49,030 nt of DNA, taken from the NCBI GenBank assembly GCA_030141605.1, contig JAQGDQ010000780.1:1-49030 (forward strand), in the 5' to 3' direction. This stretch comes from Tubiluchus corallicola (Eukaryota; Animalia; Priapulida). This document shows, in pieces, positions 14,163 to 27,789 of the stretch; the stretch's first letter is position 1; every line of letters starts with the position of its first letter. The notes below the pieces were generated by a model. The model worked only from the letters and a program-made list of their open reading frames with translations. It did not search any database and was not told where the DNA came from. The position numbers and the translations under genes were made by a program.

Positions 14163-15433
14163 CGCTTACTCTCATGCGAAACGCAGCCGTTACCGGAACA
14201 TTCGTATTCAAAGTCGCATTCAATTTCAAATCCCCCGTTGTTTCGTTCAGTATGAGCAAATGAGCGTTGTTTCCAGTCAGTATCTCGTACTTTAACTCGT
14301 CGTTCACGTCCGGATCCTTAGCAGGTATTCGACCAATCACACCGGTCGGGAAATGATTCTTAAAATTGTTAAAAATGATCTTAAAATCGTTGAACACGGG
14401 TCTGTTGTCGTTCACGTCCTGCACGATGATGTGAGTTATCGTATCCGTGAATAACGTCATCGACGACGCTCTCAGTATGATCTGAAACGCTTTCCTTTCC
14501 GACTCATAATCCAGCTCCGTGTCCGTTACGAGCTTCGTAGTTTCGCCGCCCCTCTGCACCAAGTGGAACAGATCTGCATCGGGACCGCCCACTATGTCGT
14601 AGCGGACGACCGCGTTCTCGCCTAGGTCGGGATCGTGGGCTATGATTTCGGAAACGGTCGAACCCACGGGAGAATTCTCCGCAATGTAAAACTTGAGCGG
14701 ATCCTCTGCAAACTGAGGCGGAGAGTCGTTCACATCATCCACGTTGACGGTGATCACGACGGACGCGGAAAGCGGCGGACTGCCGCGATCCCAGGCGTAC
14801 GCAACCAAATTATACTCGGCAACGTCCTCTCTATCCAGTTGTCTATCCGTCCGGATGATTCCAGACGTGGGATCGATGATGAACGCACCGTTGCCGTTGT
14901 CGCCATTAGTGAAGGTGTAACGGACACGCCCGTTGAGTCCGCTGTCAGCATCGTCGGCCGAGATGCTCACCACGCTCGTACCGATAATCGCATCTTCTGG
15001 AACGACAGCTAGGTACGACACCTGCTCAAATACGGGAGGGTTGTCGTTCACATCTGCCAGGATAATCTCGATGTCGGTCGTATCGGAAAGAGGCGGTTTA
15101 CCGTTGTCCTGAGCCGTTACGCTGATGGTGTAACTTTCCGTCTCCTCGCGGTCTAACTTCATCTTCGTCGTTATGGCGCCCGTTCCGGGGTTGATCTGGA
15201 ATTCGGGAAAGTCGTCCATGGTGTACGTTATTCTGGCATTCTCTCCGACATCTCCGTCCGTAGCGGAAACCGTAAGCACTGTGGAACCGACAGGGATGTC
15301 CTCAAAGACGTTAACGGAGTAAGAAGTCTGTTTAAACACCGGACGATAAGTATTGGCATCTAGAACCTCGATGTAAACTTTGGCACTGTCCAAACGACCG
15401 CCGGAATCCGTAGCCGTTACGGTCAACTCGTAC
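14163..15433 (-). CDS. CELSR: CELSR coding exon 3 (end of EC5 to EC9)
   Basis: ORF 14155..15453. CELSR-typical DANTYRP linker and atypical EC9 (F.IIFNNF...IGRIPAKDPDV.D.L.Y). Acceptor gttag|G, donor AGCG|gtaagt (phase 1). No further exon found in 1..14162. Confidence 0.93.
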
Positions 15434-15566
15434 CTAACCAACAGACAGTACAAACAATGTTGAAAGACTCAACAAAGGCTTAACGTTTAGAAGGTGACTT
15501 ATGAATCAACGTTAAAGCAACTGGTCTTGGTTGAAGCACTTAAAAAAGATTATCAATTAAAAAATA

Positions 15567-16066
15567 CAGGGATGAGAATGACAAATTGCAAAAAACTCTG
15601 AAACAGGCCGGGGGTTTTAGGGCCAATAGGGTTCAAGGGAACCCCTTTGAATGCAGCAACAAATTGCAATTTTCTGACCGTAGAGAAAGTGGACTTAAAA
15701 TATCAATTACCTTGTTTCGTGCATAATTTAAAATACCGACTATCAAGGATACATGATACCTAATTGCGTCAAAAATGCCCAAGTACTGGCCGCTCCTATG
15801 CAAAAGTATATAAAAACTGTCTGTAATTGACTCAAATAACTCGGCACAATTGATTCTATATTTTTATACACAGAGATATACACGTGGTTACACTGATGTA
15901 CGTGATGTAAACAAAGTGACGGCCTGCCATCTAGCGGTCAGCTTGTGAAATAATGTACTGTGTCCGTAAACATTTTTTGAATGAATTTACACGATTTAGA
16001 AAAATGACACTACTGGTCTTTCAAAAACTCGGAATTCCGAGTATCAGCAGAAAATTCTCATCCCTG
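15567..16066. mobile_element. MITE with CAGGGATGAGAAT TIRs (hAT-like), copy 1
   Basis: 13-bp TIR; colinear with 45985-46683; aaaata repeated on both flanks. Confidence 0.78.
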
Positions 16067-16306
16067 AAAATACTACTGGAAACAGAATCTAACACTAAAC
16101 CAATACCAGCTTCATAAATAAAGATATGTCAAATTTAGTGGGTAACTGGATGAGTGACTGCGAACTGAATGAATGAAAAAAAACTGGCAAGTTGAGAAAT
16201 TCTTATTAAACATGCAAAATGCTGCCAATTCTGTTCAATTAATTCAAAGAAAGTAACGACATAAAGTTTATACAGAAAAGTGCTAATAAAAGATTTGAAC
16301 TCTCAC

Positions 16307-16506
16307 CTTCTTTCCTGTTTGTAGTTGAGGGGCTGAGCCACAGAAATCAGACCTCGTCCCATTTGGCTAATGATGCTAAAGTGGTGCTTGCTGTTGCCAC
16401 TAGAGATCTGGTACGATAGCCTCGAATCTTCATCATCATCCGTCGCTGTTACTGTGACGACTGGGGTGCCCGGAACATCTTCTTCAGATACCGTAGCATT
16501 GTAAAT
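16307..16506 (-). CDS. CELSR: CELSR coding exon 2 (200 bp, most of EC5): IYNATVSEEDVPGTPVVTVTATDDDEDSRLSYQISSGNSKHHFSIISQMGRGLISVAQPLNYKQER
   Basis: Absent from the ORF track; found by reading the minus strand. tttag acceptor, AG|gtgaga donor. Phase 0 in and phase 2 out joins both neighbouring exons in frame. Confidence 0.93.
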
Positions 16507-17136
16507 CTAAACACGTATTGTAATCATGTGTATAACATTTAACTAATTAACAGTTTCACTACGTAATTGCTTTTCAACAGGGATGCATTGGCTTTTGTAC
16601 ATTTCACAATAACTTCTTGTGGTGTGTTACTAAAACAGAATCTTGGAAATAAACAAACAGCGATTCATTATTAAACACCAATATTGAATATTAGTTTTAT
16701 TTAAACTCATGCGCACACATATATGCACTCATGCATGCACGCACACGCACACCCACACAAATAAGCACATTCTTATATTTAGAAGCCAATTTTCACAAAG
16801 TCATATTACTGATTCAAAATATGTCCAATATATAATCCACAAGCCACTAAACGCATCTTTCACCAACTATCAACAAGCAATTATGCAAGATCGAGAACGT
16901 ACTATACAGTACACTATTATGGAATGCACTTGGCTTGAGATGCTGATTGGCTAGTTAGCGTTACTTGTTGCCAAGCAACTTTTCTACAATGCATTTGCAT
17001 GGCCGTACCAGTGAAATAAACAGACCTGGGTCACTGCGCTTGGTGCTGCCACCTTCTGTCTCTTACAAGAAAAACAATAATTTGATCTCAAGGTCACTAC
17101 TTCATTAGACAATAAAAGACAGATGAACTTTCCTAC

Positions 17137-19278
17137 CTTAGGAAGAAAGACCGGATCGTTGTCATTAACGTCTCTGATATTGATGATGACACTTGCTGTA
17201 GCACTTCTTGGCGGAGTTCCCTGATCTGTTGCCACGACAACAAAATTGTATGTTTCGGCCTCCTCGCGATCCAGTAACCGAGTGGTCGTTATCGCGCCAT
17301 TGCCGGAATCGACTGCAAGCGGCATGTTGTCCGGTGCCCGGTCAATCTTGTACACCAGCTTGGAATTCGGACCGCCGTCCGAATCGAACGCTTGCACCCG
17401 GACGACCGAGTAGCCAACGGGAACGTCTTCTGACACGGATTCAGTGAACAGAGACGTGTAGAACCTCGGGTCATTGTCGTTGCGATCCTCAATCTCGATA
17501 AAGACGACCGTTGAATTGGACCTTGCGGGTGATCCACTGTCTTGTGCTCTCACAATCAATCTGTAGCTCTTCACCGATTCATAATCAAGTTCGGACACCA
17601 CGCTAATGTCCCCCGACAACGTATCAATACTGAAATGACCCTGGGTATTGCCTCCTGTCAGAGAATAACGAATCTCCTTGTTCTTACCAGCATCAGCATC
17701 AGTTGCTCGTATCTTAGCAACAATCGGATTAGACAACCAGTCGATGTCTTCCGGTACGTCCACGTAATACTGTTTTTGCTTGAACTGGGGGTAATTATCA
17801 TTGTCGTCTAGTACGTCTATGGTCAGTGTCGTAGTTGAAGATTTCCGCTCGGCCACAGTGGCCTGGTCGCTTGCTTCGATCTTAAGGACATACTTGCTGA
17901 TCTTTTCTCTGTCAAGCTTACGTCTTGTGGTCACTACACCAGAACGAGGGTCAATGTGAAACGCTTCGTTCGGTCCACCAGGGTTCAGAATGCTGTACAC
18001 TATTTCCTTATTCATGCCAAGATCTTCATCAGTTGCGCGAACGGTCACTATGGTCGAACCAATGGAAGCACTTTCGCGAATTTCGTGGTGATATTCGGAG
18101 GACTCGAAGACGGGAGTGTGATCGTTCACGTCGTCGACGTTAACTTGCAACATGGTTGTTCCGGAGCGTTCCGGTTCTCCGTTATCCCGGGCTGTTATCC
18201 GGAAGTAGTGCATGTTCATGTCCTCTCTGTCTAGCCGCTTCGTCGTAACAACCTGCCCGGAGATCGGATCGATCGCAAACATGTTTTGGCTGCGTCCGTC
18301 CCGCACAGCAATCATGGAATAAGTTATAGCGTCATCATCGGGGTCGGTTGCACTGAGTGACGTAACAGAGTAGCCAGCGTCCATTTCTTCTGGAACGTTG
18401 ACCGAATAAAATGAACTAGGAAAAAATGGCTGCTTATTTCGTTCGGCCATTCGCCTTACTCTCCGAATCTGCGATACCCTAGGCGATGTCATCATCATCA
18501 TTTCAACGCCACTTTTCACTAATACATTGCCTAAGAAAGTTCGATCTCCCAATTCGCAGTTGTAAACCACCTGCAAGTCTAATGAAAGATTGCCCTCATT
18601 GCCTGAAAGATTGCCCTCATTGCTTGAAAGATTGCCCTCATTGCTTGAAAGATTGCCCGCATTGCTTGTTTCCGAACACAACTTTCGTTTTGTCACAATT
18701 AAAGCACCATAAATAATCTCAACTGAATCAGACAACGACCGAATCGTCTTAAGTCGACAGCCGTGCACGGTTTCTGGAAAATACGAGACAATATCGCTCA
18801 ACGATTCGCCTTTCGCAAAGCATTCTCTGTCACTACGAATCACAACACTTTGGTTACGTGTCACTGCTGTGTTCACTGTACAGTTTTCACCATTCACACT
18901 AATAAATAAAGGTATTCTTGTTAAAACACTACTAGTATCACGTTTTGATTCCAATGATCTACCTTCTATAACTACTAGAAACGGATTATGAGGCAATGCT
19001 AGACAATCAAGTCGTTCGGAAAGCCACACAACACCCGTACTTTCATTAACCTCAACGGACACTCTCTTCATTGTCTGAGGTAGCAAGCGATATTTCAATC
19101 CGTGGTTCAAATTTAACCTCATTAGCTCCGTTCCCGGCGATGCACCGCTATGAATATGAATATCATATCCGAACACCAAGCTATCTGGCCACACCATCAA
19201 AAGTAACCATGCAAATGAAGTTAGCATGGCACTCGGTAGAGAAATCGTGGGAAAGCTGGGTAAATGCCAACAACCCAT
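17137..19278 (-). CDS. CELSR: Flamingo/Starry night/CELSR first coding exon: signal peptide, pro-region, furin site RRVRR, cadherin repeats EC1-EC4
   Basis: ORF 16984..19329 has repeated cadherin motifs (LDRE, A.D.D, DxNDN.P). Acceptor ttttttgtag precedes exon start 19347. In-frame ATGs at 19278 and 19227 (gccATG, then hydrophobic MLTSFAWLLLMVW). Donor AAG|gtagga after 17137 (phase 0). Confidence 0.93.
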
Positions 19279-19560
19279 TTCCAATAAATTCGGTAGTTTC
19301 TTACACAAGTTTGTATGATGCTTGTACACTTGTACAACCGAACGTTTCTACAAAAAAATGAAAGAAAGGTTAATTAGAAAACTAATTAGAAAGTTAATGA
19401 GCATTAGTTCAAACGTGAATTAGCATTTTCATTATTTTCACCTGTCAGTAAGAAAATTAATGATGACATAAAAAAATAGAAGTAAATACTATGAACTATG
19501 AATTTATTTTCACACATTAAAATACAATATCATACACATTAATAAACTTTAAATAAAATG

Positions 19561-20108
19561 ATTTGAGTAGTGCGAGCTGAGTGTACGACCATACAGTCAT
19601 TAACACACTCACCTTACTTAAATGAAAAAATGATTATAGTTATGCATGCTGCTGTAGATAACTTAATGTAAATAAGGATGAAGTAAATGATGTAATAATT
19701 TGAGTAGTGCGAGGTGAGTGTACGACCATACGGTCATTAACACACTCACCTTACTTCAATGAAAAAATGATTATAGTTATGCATGCTTCTGTAGATAACT
19801 TAATGTAAATAAGGATGAAGTAAATGATGTAATAATTTGAGTAGTGCGAGGTGAGTGTACGACCATACGATCATTAACACACTCACCTTACTTCAATGAA
19901 AAAATGATCATAGTTATGCATGCTTCTGTAGATAACTTAATGTAAATAATGATGAAGTAAATGATGTAATAATTTGAGTAGTGCGAAGTGAGTGTACGAC
20001 CATACGGTCATTAACACACTCACCTTACTTCAATGAAAAAATGATTATAGTTATGCGTGCTTCTGTAGATAACTTAATGTAATTAAGGATGAAGTAAATG
20101 ATGTAATA
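19561..20108. repeat. Tandem repeat, 137 bp x 4
   Basis: atttgagtagtgcgaggtgagtgtacgaccata recurs. Confidence 0.93.
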
Positions 20109-21331
20109 ATATCAATGGCATAAGAGCAATAAACCTGAAAGTTAAGAAAGGAAAACATAATATGTAATTACAATTTTGAGTGAGCCTTAAAGAGTGAAAA
20201 AAATTTTTTTTAAATAGTTATGAATATGAATTATGTGATTATCTGTCAATATAGACTAATTATGATGACACAATTAATTTGTAATTAATAAGAACAGACA
20301 GATGAAAGGGCAGTGAGTGAACATGTCAATGCAACAAGTTTAGGGTCCTTTAAAACTTTCAATTAAATCTACTGATCAAATTACTGCACTGCTACAGTAG
20401 TAAACAACATCAACACACATAATTAACAAGATAATTAAAAAATTGTTGCCGCATCTTCATCACTGATTCTAGACAAAGCAAAATGCAGGTCTACAAAATA
20501 CTTGATAGTTCTGATTGCAGTTACGAAATTACAAAGCTGCTGTCCAATTAGAAAATTTACTCTAAATTTACAAAACTACTGTTCAAATTGATCTTTCTAG
20601 ATGACAACTACATCCGACAAAGTCTCAAATTAATTTTCTTTTTCTTCCTTTGGCTCTAGATCCTCATAACATTAATTTTAAATACATAATGGTTAAATTA
20701 TTATTTAAAGATAGTCACGTGTCTCTTCTTTCCCATTATTGAACATTATTTTATTATAACACATTCGTATAATATTCAATTTTCATTCGTCTTAAATGCA
20801 AAATCTGATAATTTTTAATTACCTGATACATGCGCATTAACTAATTAATTATATTAGTAACAATCCTGTGAGGGTGGCTGACCTCGATAACTTATAGTTC
20901 TTTCGCCACCCTTTCACCACTAATCAATAATTACTTTTGCACTTGGTAATATTATTGTATGTTGTATATAGATTTATAAATATAGAGTTATGTATTTTGC
21001 TATTTTAGAAATGGTGATAAACTAATAAACTTACTTACTTACTTACATTGTAAGAACAACTGTACACTGTCTCAGTGACATTGCATTTTATAAAGCTGTA
21101 CTGAAACTACTGGAAGAAAAGTATTCGGCGGAATTTTTTTCCAACACTAAAAACACTGCTTCATCCTACTAATACTTGCAACGATATATGAATAATTCCA
21201 AATAAAAAGCACGAATTTTGCAAGATAAACACTGTGCAAAAAATTAACTAATACAGCATAATTTAAACAATACAATTAAGCAAGCTGGATTATCTTAATA
21301 TTCTCTTTCAATTTTTACACAATTTACTTAC

Positions 21332-22043
21332 AATTTTAACTTCTTATGGTCATTTTAAAATCAATTTCGATCAACATCAAAGTTTCAAAGTCATTTTTCG
21401 TCATCTTCTCTTCATGTAGTCACTTTTATCATAACTGCAACACGCTAAAGCAAGAATAAATTCATTAAAAAAATGTCTGGCACAAAGCATAGAACACGTC
21501 GCTGAAAAAATAATGTACGTCGTTGAGTTTTGGGTTTATCCATTTTTTCACTGTTTCCTGTAAGCGCAAACATGATCTAAAAACTTTGGTTAAAGTACTA
21601 CGTCGCATTCAAATGCTAAGAGTAAAGCGCGACGTCTACAGTACCGTTCCGAACAAGTAACTACACATACACACAACATATAACTGCAGTCACAACTTTA
21701 TCAATACAATGTACTATATCTACTAACAACAGACAACCAGCTATACTTACAATAAAGATTTTAGTATTTTATAGTAACCATATTGCAGTATGATTCACGG
21801 AAATCTCCCTCTCTCTAATAATTTTAAATACTGTAGTAATCAGCACAGGCACTAGCTGCTCACAAAAGAAAACACAGTTACGAGATTACTAAACGTCATA
21901 TCTGTCCACTGTTGTCTTCTAAAGACATAAACTGCCACAACTACTTAACTATCCTGTTTTCGAAGCGAGCCGGTAGACATAATAACGAAATGTAGAGCGA
22001 ACTAGAAAATCACATCACATGAACGCTACTGACCACAAACTGA
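21332..22043 (-). promoter_or_regulatory. Putative CELSR TSS and non-coding first exon
   Basis: The coding exon starts at a splice acceptor, so an upstream exon is implied. Inr-like TCAGTT at 22043-22038 in a CpG-containing stretch, GTAAGT donor at 21331, (GA)n tract upstream at about 22505-22585. Confidence 0.4.
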
Positions 22044-22504
22044 GTGAATGCCACTCGAACGATTGAAGTCACCGAACCGGTTTCTCTCTAGCGTGATAGC
22101 ATCAGGTGGAGGAAAGAAGAGAAACGCAGTCGCAGCGCCATCGTGTATCGAATAAAGAATTTACGAAGTAATATTATTATCTGTGTGCAAAGCTGCAATT
22201 ATATCTACTCATTATTTGAACTCCTCATATCACCAACTTTGCGGGTGTTCCAGCAAACACGAAACGTTTTCCCGATATTTTTAAAACGTATTAGAAAACG
22301 TTGTATTGTACGGCGGTATCAAAATGGTTGAAAAATCTACTGCTGCTGTACATATGAATATATCTATGAGTTGACTACTTTTTATTGTTATAATTGACAC
22401 TGTTTAACTTGCAAATGAATATTTTCACAGAAAGTAAATGTAATTAGTGAGATGTTTTGCAATCTCTAAGAATTTGTTGATGATTTTAGCTAAGCACTTA
22501 TAAG

Positions 22505-22535
22505 GAGAGAGAGGGAGAAAGATAGAGAGAGAGAG

Positions 22536-22573
<38 letters not shown>

Positions 22574-22662
22574 GAGAGAGAGAGATATCTACAGATGTAT
22601 TATAATTAATAATAGTAATGGTAATAACAATAATAATGATGATGATGATGATGATGACGATG

Positions 22663-22717
<55 letters not shown>

Positions 22718-22721
22718 TAAA

Positions 22722-22803
<82 letters not shown>
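22505..22803. repeat. (GA)n, (ATG)n and (ATA)n/(ATT)n microsatellites between the divergent genes
   Basis: Direct reading. Confidence 0.95.
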
Positions 22804-23948
22804 AATTAGTCAATGCATGACAAAATTGACAACTATTGCAATCTCTTTAGCGTCAGATCTTGTTACATTGATTGCTGTTGCAGTATCTTTAGTGTGAGAT
22901 TCTCTTACATTTTAGCACTACATAAAGATTTCACATGAAAAATAAATTATGATGATGGTGGATATGATAATGGCACGGATGATGATGATTGGCCATTAGA
23001 TCTTATGTTGTCTGGTAAATAAGTGACTGCAAATAGACATTGTCTTTGTCTTTTTTTCTTTGTGATGATAATAAGGATGACAAAAACAGTTGTGGTGATG
23101 ATTTTGGTTACTTTGTTGTTGCATCTGCCACTACTGATGCTCTTCGGGGGGTTGCTCTTGTTGTTATTATTACTGCCCCATGTTCTTGTTGTCGTTTTTG
23201 TTCTATAATCATTCAATTCTCATATGTAGTATTTATGCATATGTGTTGTTTACCATTGAGATGTTTGAAGCAGCATACAAATAGCACAATTTTGCTGCAG
23301 TTTCTGTGCAAAAATTTTTAAAACTAATAGCGGTTTTACTTCAGAACAAAATTAAGTACTACGCTTGATTTTTTGTAAGACCACTTTTTACTAATGGTTC
23401 AATGTCTTGTTCGAAAAAATTCAAACTCAATTCGACGTCGAAATACCGAAATTCTGTTCGATTGGAATTCGCATTTTAGTAGAGAATGCTCACCCCCTAC
23501 TGTAAACTTGCTTCTTTATAGTCTGTTTGAGCATGCAATGTGCGCAAGGAATGACTCTGTGGGAAAACAAATGCGGCTGAATAAAACAGGTTGTTCGCAT
23601 TGGCATACAATCATGTTGCCACATTTTATCAGTAAAGAAGCAAGCTTGATATTTGTTTTCGTTCGTTCACTTAGGTGCTTCGTTAATAGAAATAGTTTTC
23701 CAAAATTCCTTCATCAAATTTCATTAAAAATAGCTTTTTAAAAATCATTACAATTCGCTAAACCTGCTTTTACGTTAGGATCGGTGTGAGGAAGTTTTGA
23801 GTATCTGAATTGTAACAGAGGTGCTAGAGGAGAAACTAGACCGCCTGACTGTTTTGCACTTAGAGTCGTAAAAATTGTAAATTGTCGGTATTTTTAAATT
23901 TATCCGTGCTGTAAGACTTATGCAGACTGAAACACACGTTAAAAAGTC

Positions 23949-24060
23949 ATGAATGTTTCACAGACAGTCTTGTTAGTTGTAGGCCTAACTTGTTTTAGTC
24001 TGTGTCTACATTTTGCTAAGGCTGTGGAAGAAGAACCATCCACTTCTAGTCCAGAAGTAG
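23949..24060 (+). CDS. PTTG1IP: PTTG1IP exon 1 (signal peptide MNVSQTVLLVVGLTCFSLCLHFAKA)
   Basis: ATG, hydrophobic leader, donor G|gtgcgt (phase 1) matching exon 2. Confidence 0.85.
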
Positions 24061-24246
24061 GTGCGTATTCTGATCTTATCAACTCTGTATTTGACATTAA
24101 TGAAAATTTCTGGATTTCATGCTTTTTGGATTGTAATTAAGTATAAGTATAAGTTTTTTTTAAGTATAAGTTTATTTATTTCCACTGCATCTAACAATTA
24201 TAATAAAAATACAGATAATTTCACTGAAGTAAATATAAATATAAAT

Positions 24247-24279
<33 letters not shown>

Positions 24280-24439
24280 AATCTCCAGTAGTTATAATAT
24301 AACTTTTGAGACAAATAGTTCTTCGACTGTAATTGCGACAAATTGCACATTTAATAGATTGTCATCAACAAAATGCAGTATTATCTAGAAATTACAAAAT
24401 GCAGCATATACATGTGCAAATTACATTACAGAATAATTT

Positions 24440-25140
24440 TGATGCATACAGTTTGAGCCTAAAAGCATAGCTTGACAGGCCAAACTGTACGTGGAAATCT
24501 TAAAGAAGTGATTAATAATTGAAATAATGATAATATATACATAAAAGTGGGGGGGGGGACTAGTGAATGAAAGGTGAAATGGAACGAGAACTAAGAAAAA
24601 CTGTGATCATGATTATAAAGTGTTCAGAAACCTGTTGAGCATAGTCACGTTTTATTAAGATTACTGTGGAAAAAGAATGCAGGTGATTACCATTATCAAA
24701 CTGTGTTACTCTCAATACTTTTGAAATATTTCTTTTCTGACGGTTTTTTTAAAATTTGAAAGGGATTGACTACATTTCGAATTGCGGCTTAGTCTGTTCC
24801 GTAGGACTGGTCCCATATAGCTAATGAAATGTTTCGCCATATTTGTTCTACAACGTCTTGGTATATATTCATTATGTCTGTATCTTTTTACATTTATCTT
24901 GACTGGATTTTCAAAAAAAGTTGGAAATAAGTTGTTGTTGGTTCTATACATGTATATTCATCCATTAAAATTAATAACATCATCCAGAAGTAATATCTGA
25001 CATTGCTTAAAATGTGTAGTAGTAATTGTGCTCCTTTTGTCTAGTTTGAAGATGACACGTAAAAATTTTCGCTGTAAAACTCTTAAGCATTCTAAATTTG
25101 TAGTATAAGTAAAGCCCCAGATGTCATTCACTTTCACTTG
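24440..25140 (-). mobile_element. CR1/L2-clade LINE 3' remnant in PTTG1IP intron 1
   Basis: Broken peptides IWGFTYTTNL..L.VLQRKFLR.I and RTN.....ISY.GP.L.N.L......SL..FK are typical post-RT C-terminal motifs. Confidence 0.8.
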
Positions 25141-26297
25141 TTGACAGTAAAAAGTTATCAGAAGTAGAGAAATGATAGAAAGTTTCAGTAACAAACGTAT
25201 GATAAGGGTTTCGTGTAATTTAACTGAAACGTGCATTCATCTGGTTACCGTGAAATATAAACACTCATCTTGCCATCTCCTCAAGGAACTTTTCTGATTT
25301 ACAGAGCAAACTCTATAAACTAAGTAATCCTACTACATGCTCGCAAGTTTAGGTGCGTATCTGAAAGTCAACAAAAATTCAAAAATTACATATTTACAAA
25401 ATTAATGTACACTTCTCACACATTTTAAAGTATAATCCTGTGGATTTAAGCTATGTAACCTTTTTGAATTAGTCATAATTGATCCAGTAAACACAACAGT
25501 AGAACAATGAAACGTCCAGGTCTACCTTTACCACAGCTTGCCTTCACAGCATGTACGCTGCCCACACAAACTTATGTCATTTTCAAATAAAACGGCAGTA
25601 ATGTTCATTTGGTGGGAGACAATGTGCGTATATGAGCTTCATTCATTACATCATTCCATTTTAAGCACTAAATGTTTTCTTTATCATACGATTCACTTCA
25701 AATTTTCAGATTATTTTCATTACTTTTTTTTCTTTCACCGTGTGGGACAAGCCCTGCTTTTTGATTGCCCGCAAGCAACACATTTACATTTGTATACAGG
25801 TGAACAGTGTGTGAGGCTTTTCTTGTGCAGAAACAATAAAGACTTATTTGTATTACGTTCATTGTAGGCCCTTTCACTAGATATTGTATATGTAACGACT
25901 GTAAATGTGTAAGGTGAAATAAATGACTTATGACTTAAATTCAGCAGCAAAGATAAAGGAATTTGATGATTTTGGAAATTTGTCATTTAACCCTTTCAGT
26001 CGCTAATTATTTTTTTAATAAGAAAAAACTTTTGGCATAAGAAATATTTAAATTAGTTTTACATTGTTAAGCTAGGCATTTTGTGTTTGATTTCGTTATT
26101 TTTAATTGTATAATTGAAGTGCAACAAAATATACTGTTTAAGGTTTGTATTTTCCTTTAAGCAACTAATGGAAATTTCTGTTTGCTGGGAATATAAGTTC
26201 CTTGTGTAGATCACCAATTTTGTATAGCATGTAAACAATTCCGTATCATCTCCTCCGCATATTCCTGCTGTAACTTGTTGATATTATTGTTTTTCAG

Positions 26298-26347
26298 AAT
26301 GTGAGAAAGGCAACGGTAACTGTACATCTTGTGTACAAAATGTTAAG
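26298..26347 (+). CDS. PTTG1IP: PTTG1IP exon 2 (ECEKGNGNCTSCVQNVK, start of PSI domain)
   Basis: ttttcag acceptor, AAG|gtaaac donor, C..CV.N motif. Confidence 0.9.
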
Positions 26348-27023
26348 GTAAACAAAGTTGTTATGAGTAGCAAATTCCTTTTATAAAATATTTGAATTGC
26401 TTGAGCGCTGCGGTAAATTTGAAATTTAAATCTTTATCTTAAAACTTTCCTAGTTTTAGTACAACACATTTCACTATTCATTAGCGATACGGGCACAATG
26501 CCTGCATTTCGAAAATGCATTGCACAAAAACAGGTGCTTATCTCTGTTCAAATATGTTAGTTTGTGATGAACTACACACTTTCGGCAGCTCAGGTAAGAG
26601 TGCAGCGATAAATTTGAAATTTGAATTTTTATCTTAAAACTTGTTTAGTTTTAGTACAACACACGGAATCTCTTACATTAGCACTGTACTTCAATTTTCC
26701 CTTTTCAAACACGTGCAAGAGGTTGGTGAAATATTTTTGCTGTTAAAAATTATGTTAGTTTGCGATGTTAGTTGGGCTTGCCCGGTGTTAATCAAGATTA
26801 TAATTAAGTTATTTATTTATTTATCAGAAACGCTTTTGCAGTATTAAGTGTGTTAAAGTGTATACTTTCAAAAGACTTGAAAAAATATGCTTGTATATGA
26901 AAAATCATCCTGTCTTCTGTTAAAGTTGCTTCAAGAATTTCCTTTTTTTTACAATGTTTCGTAAAACTCTGATCCGACAAAAATGTCTAGAGGAGACTTT
27001 TGATATACTTGCCTAAAATGAGC

Positions 27024-27789
27024 TGTGAAATCAGCGCATAATCAAGCATTTGCAAAGCTGTGAAAGGCCTGCAGTACAGCGTGAAATCAGCGCATAGTCA
27101 AGCATTTGCAAAGCTGTGAAAGGTCTGCAGTACAGCATGAAATCAGCGCATAATCAAGCATTTGCAAAGCTGTGAAAGGCCTGCAGTACAGCATGAAATC
27201 AGCGCATAATCAAGCATTTGCAAAGCTGTGAAAGGCCTGCAGTACAGCATGAAATCAGCGCATAATCAAGCATTTGCAAAGCTGTGAAAGGTCTGCAGTA
27301 CAGCATGAAATCAGCGCATAATCAAGCATTTGCAAAGCTGTGAAAGGTCTGCAGTACAGCATGAAATCAGCGCATAATCAAGCATTTGCAAAGCTGTGAA
27401 AGGTCTGCCGTACAGCATGAAATCAGCGCATAATCAAGCATTTGCAAAGCTGTGAAAGGCCTGCAGTACAGCATGAAATCAGCGCATAATCAAGCATTTG
27501 CAAAGCTGTGAAAGGTCTGCAGTACAGTATGAAATCAGCGCATAATCAAGCATTTGCAAAGCTGTGAAAGGTCTGCAGTACAGTATGAAATCAGCGCATA
27601 ATCAAGCATTTGCAAAGCTGTGAAAGGTCTGCAGTACAGCATGAAATCAGCGCATAATCAAGCATTTGCAAAGCTGTGAAAGGTCTGCAGTACAGCATGA
27701 AATCAGCGCATAATCAAGCATTTGCAAAGCTGTGAAAGGTCTGCAGTACAGCGTGAAATCAGCGCATAATCAAGCATTTGCAAAACTGT
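27024..27789. repeat. Minisatellite, 56 bp x about 13.5
   Basis: Unit gtgaaaggtctgcagtacagcatgaaatcagcgcataatcaagcatttgcaaagct. Confidence 0.95.

Noticed and set aside
16984-19329. 781-aa single-exon cadherin as given by the ORF track
   Set aside because: The start is GTG and the tail after ...VFLPK is intron read-through; the real gene is spliced.
14635-19361. Overlapping antisense and alternate-frame ORFs in CELSR exons
   Set aside because: Shadow ORFs of GC-richer coding sequence with no recognisable motifs.
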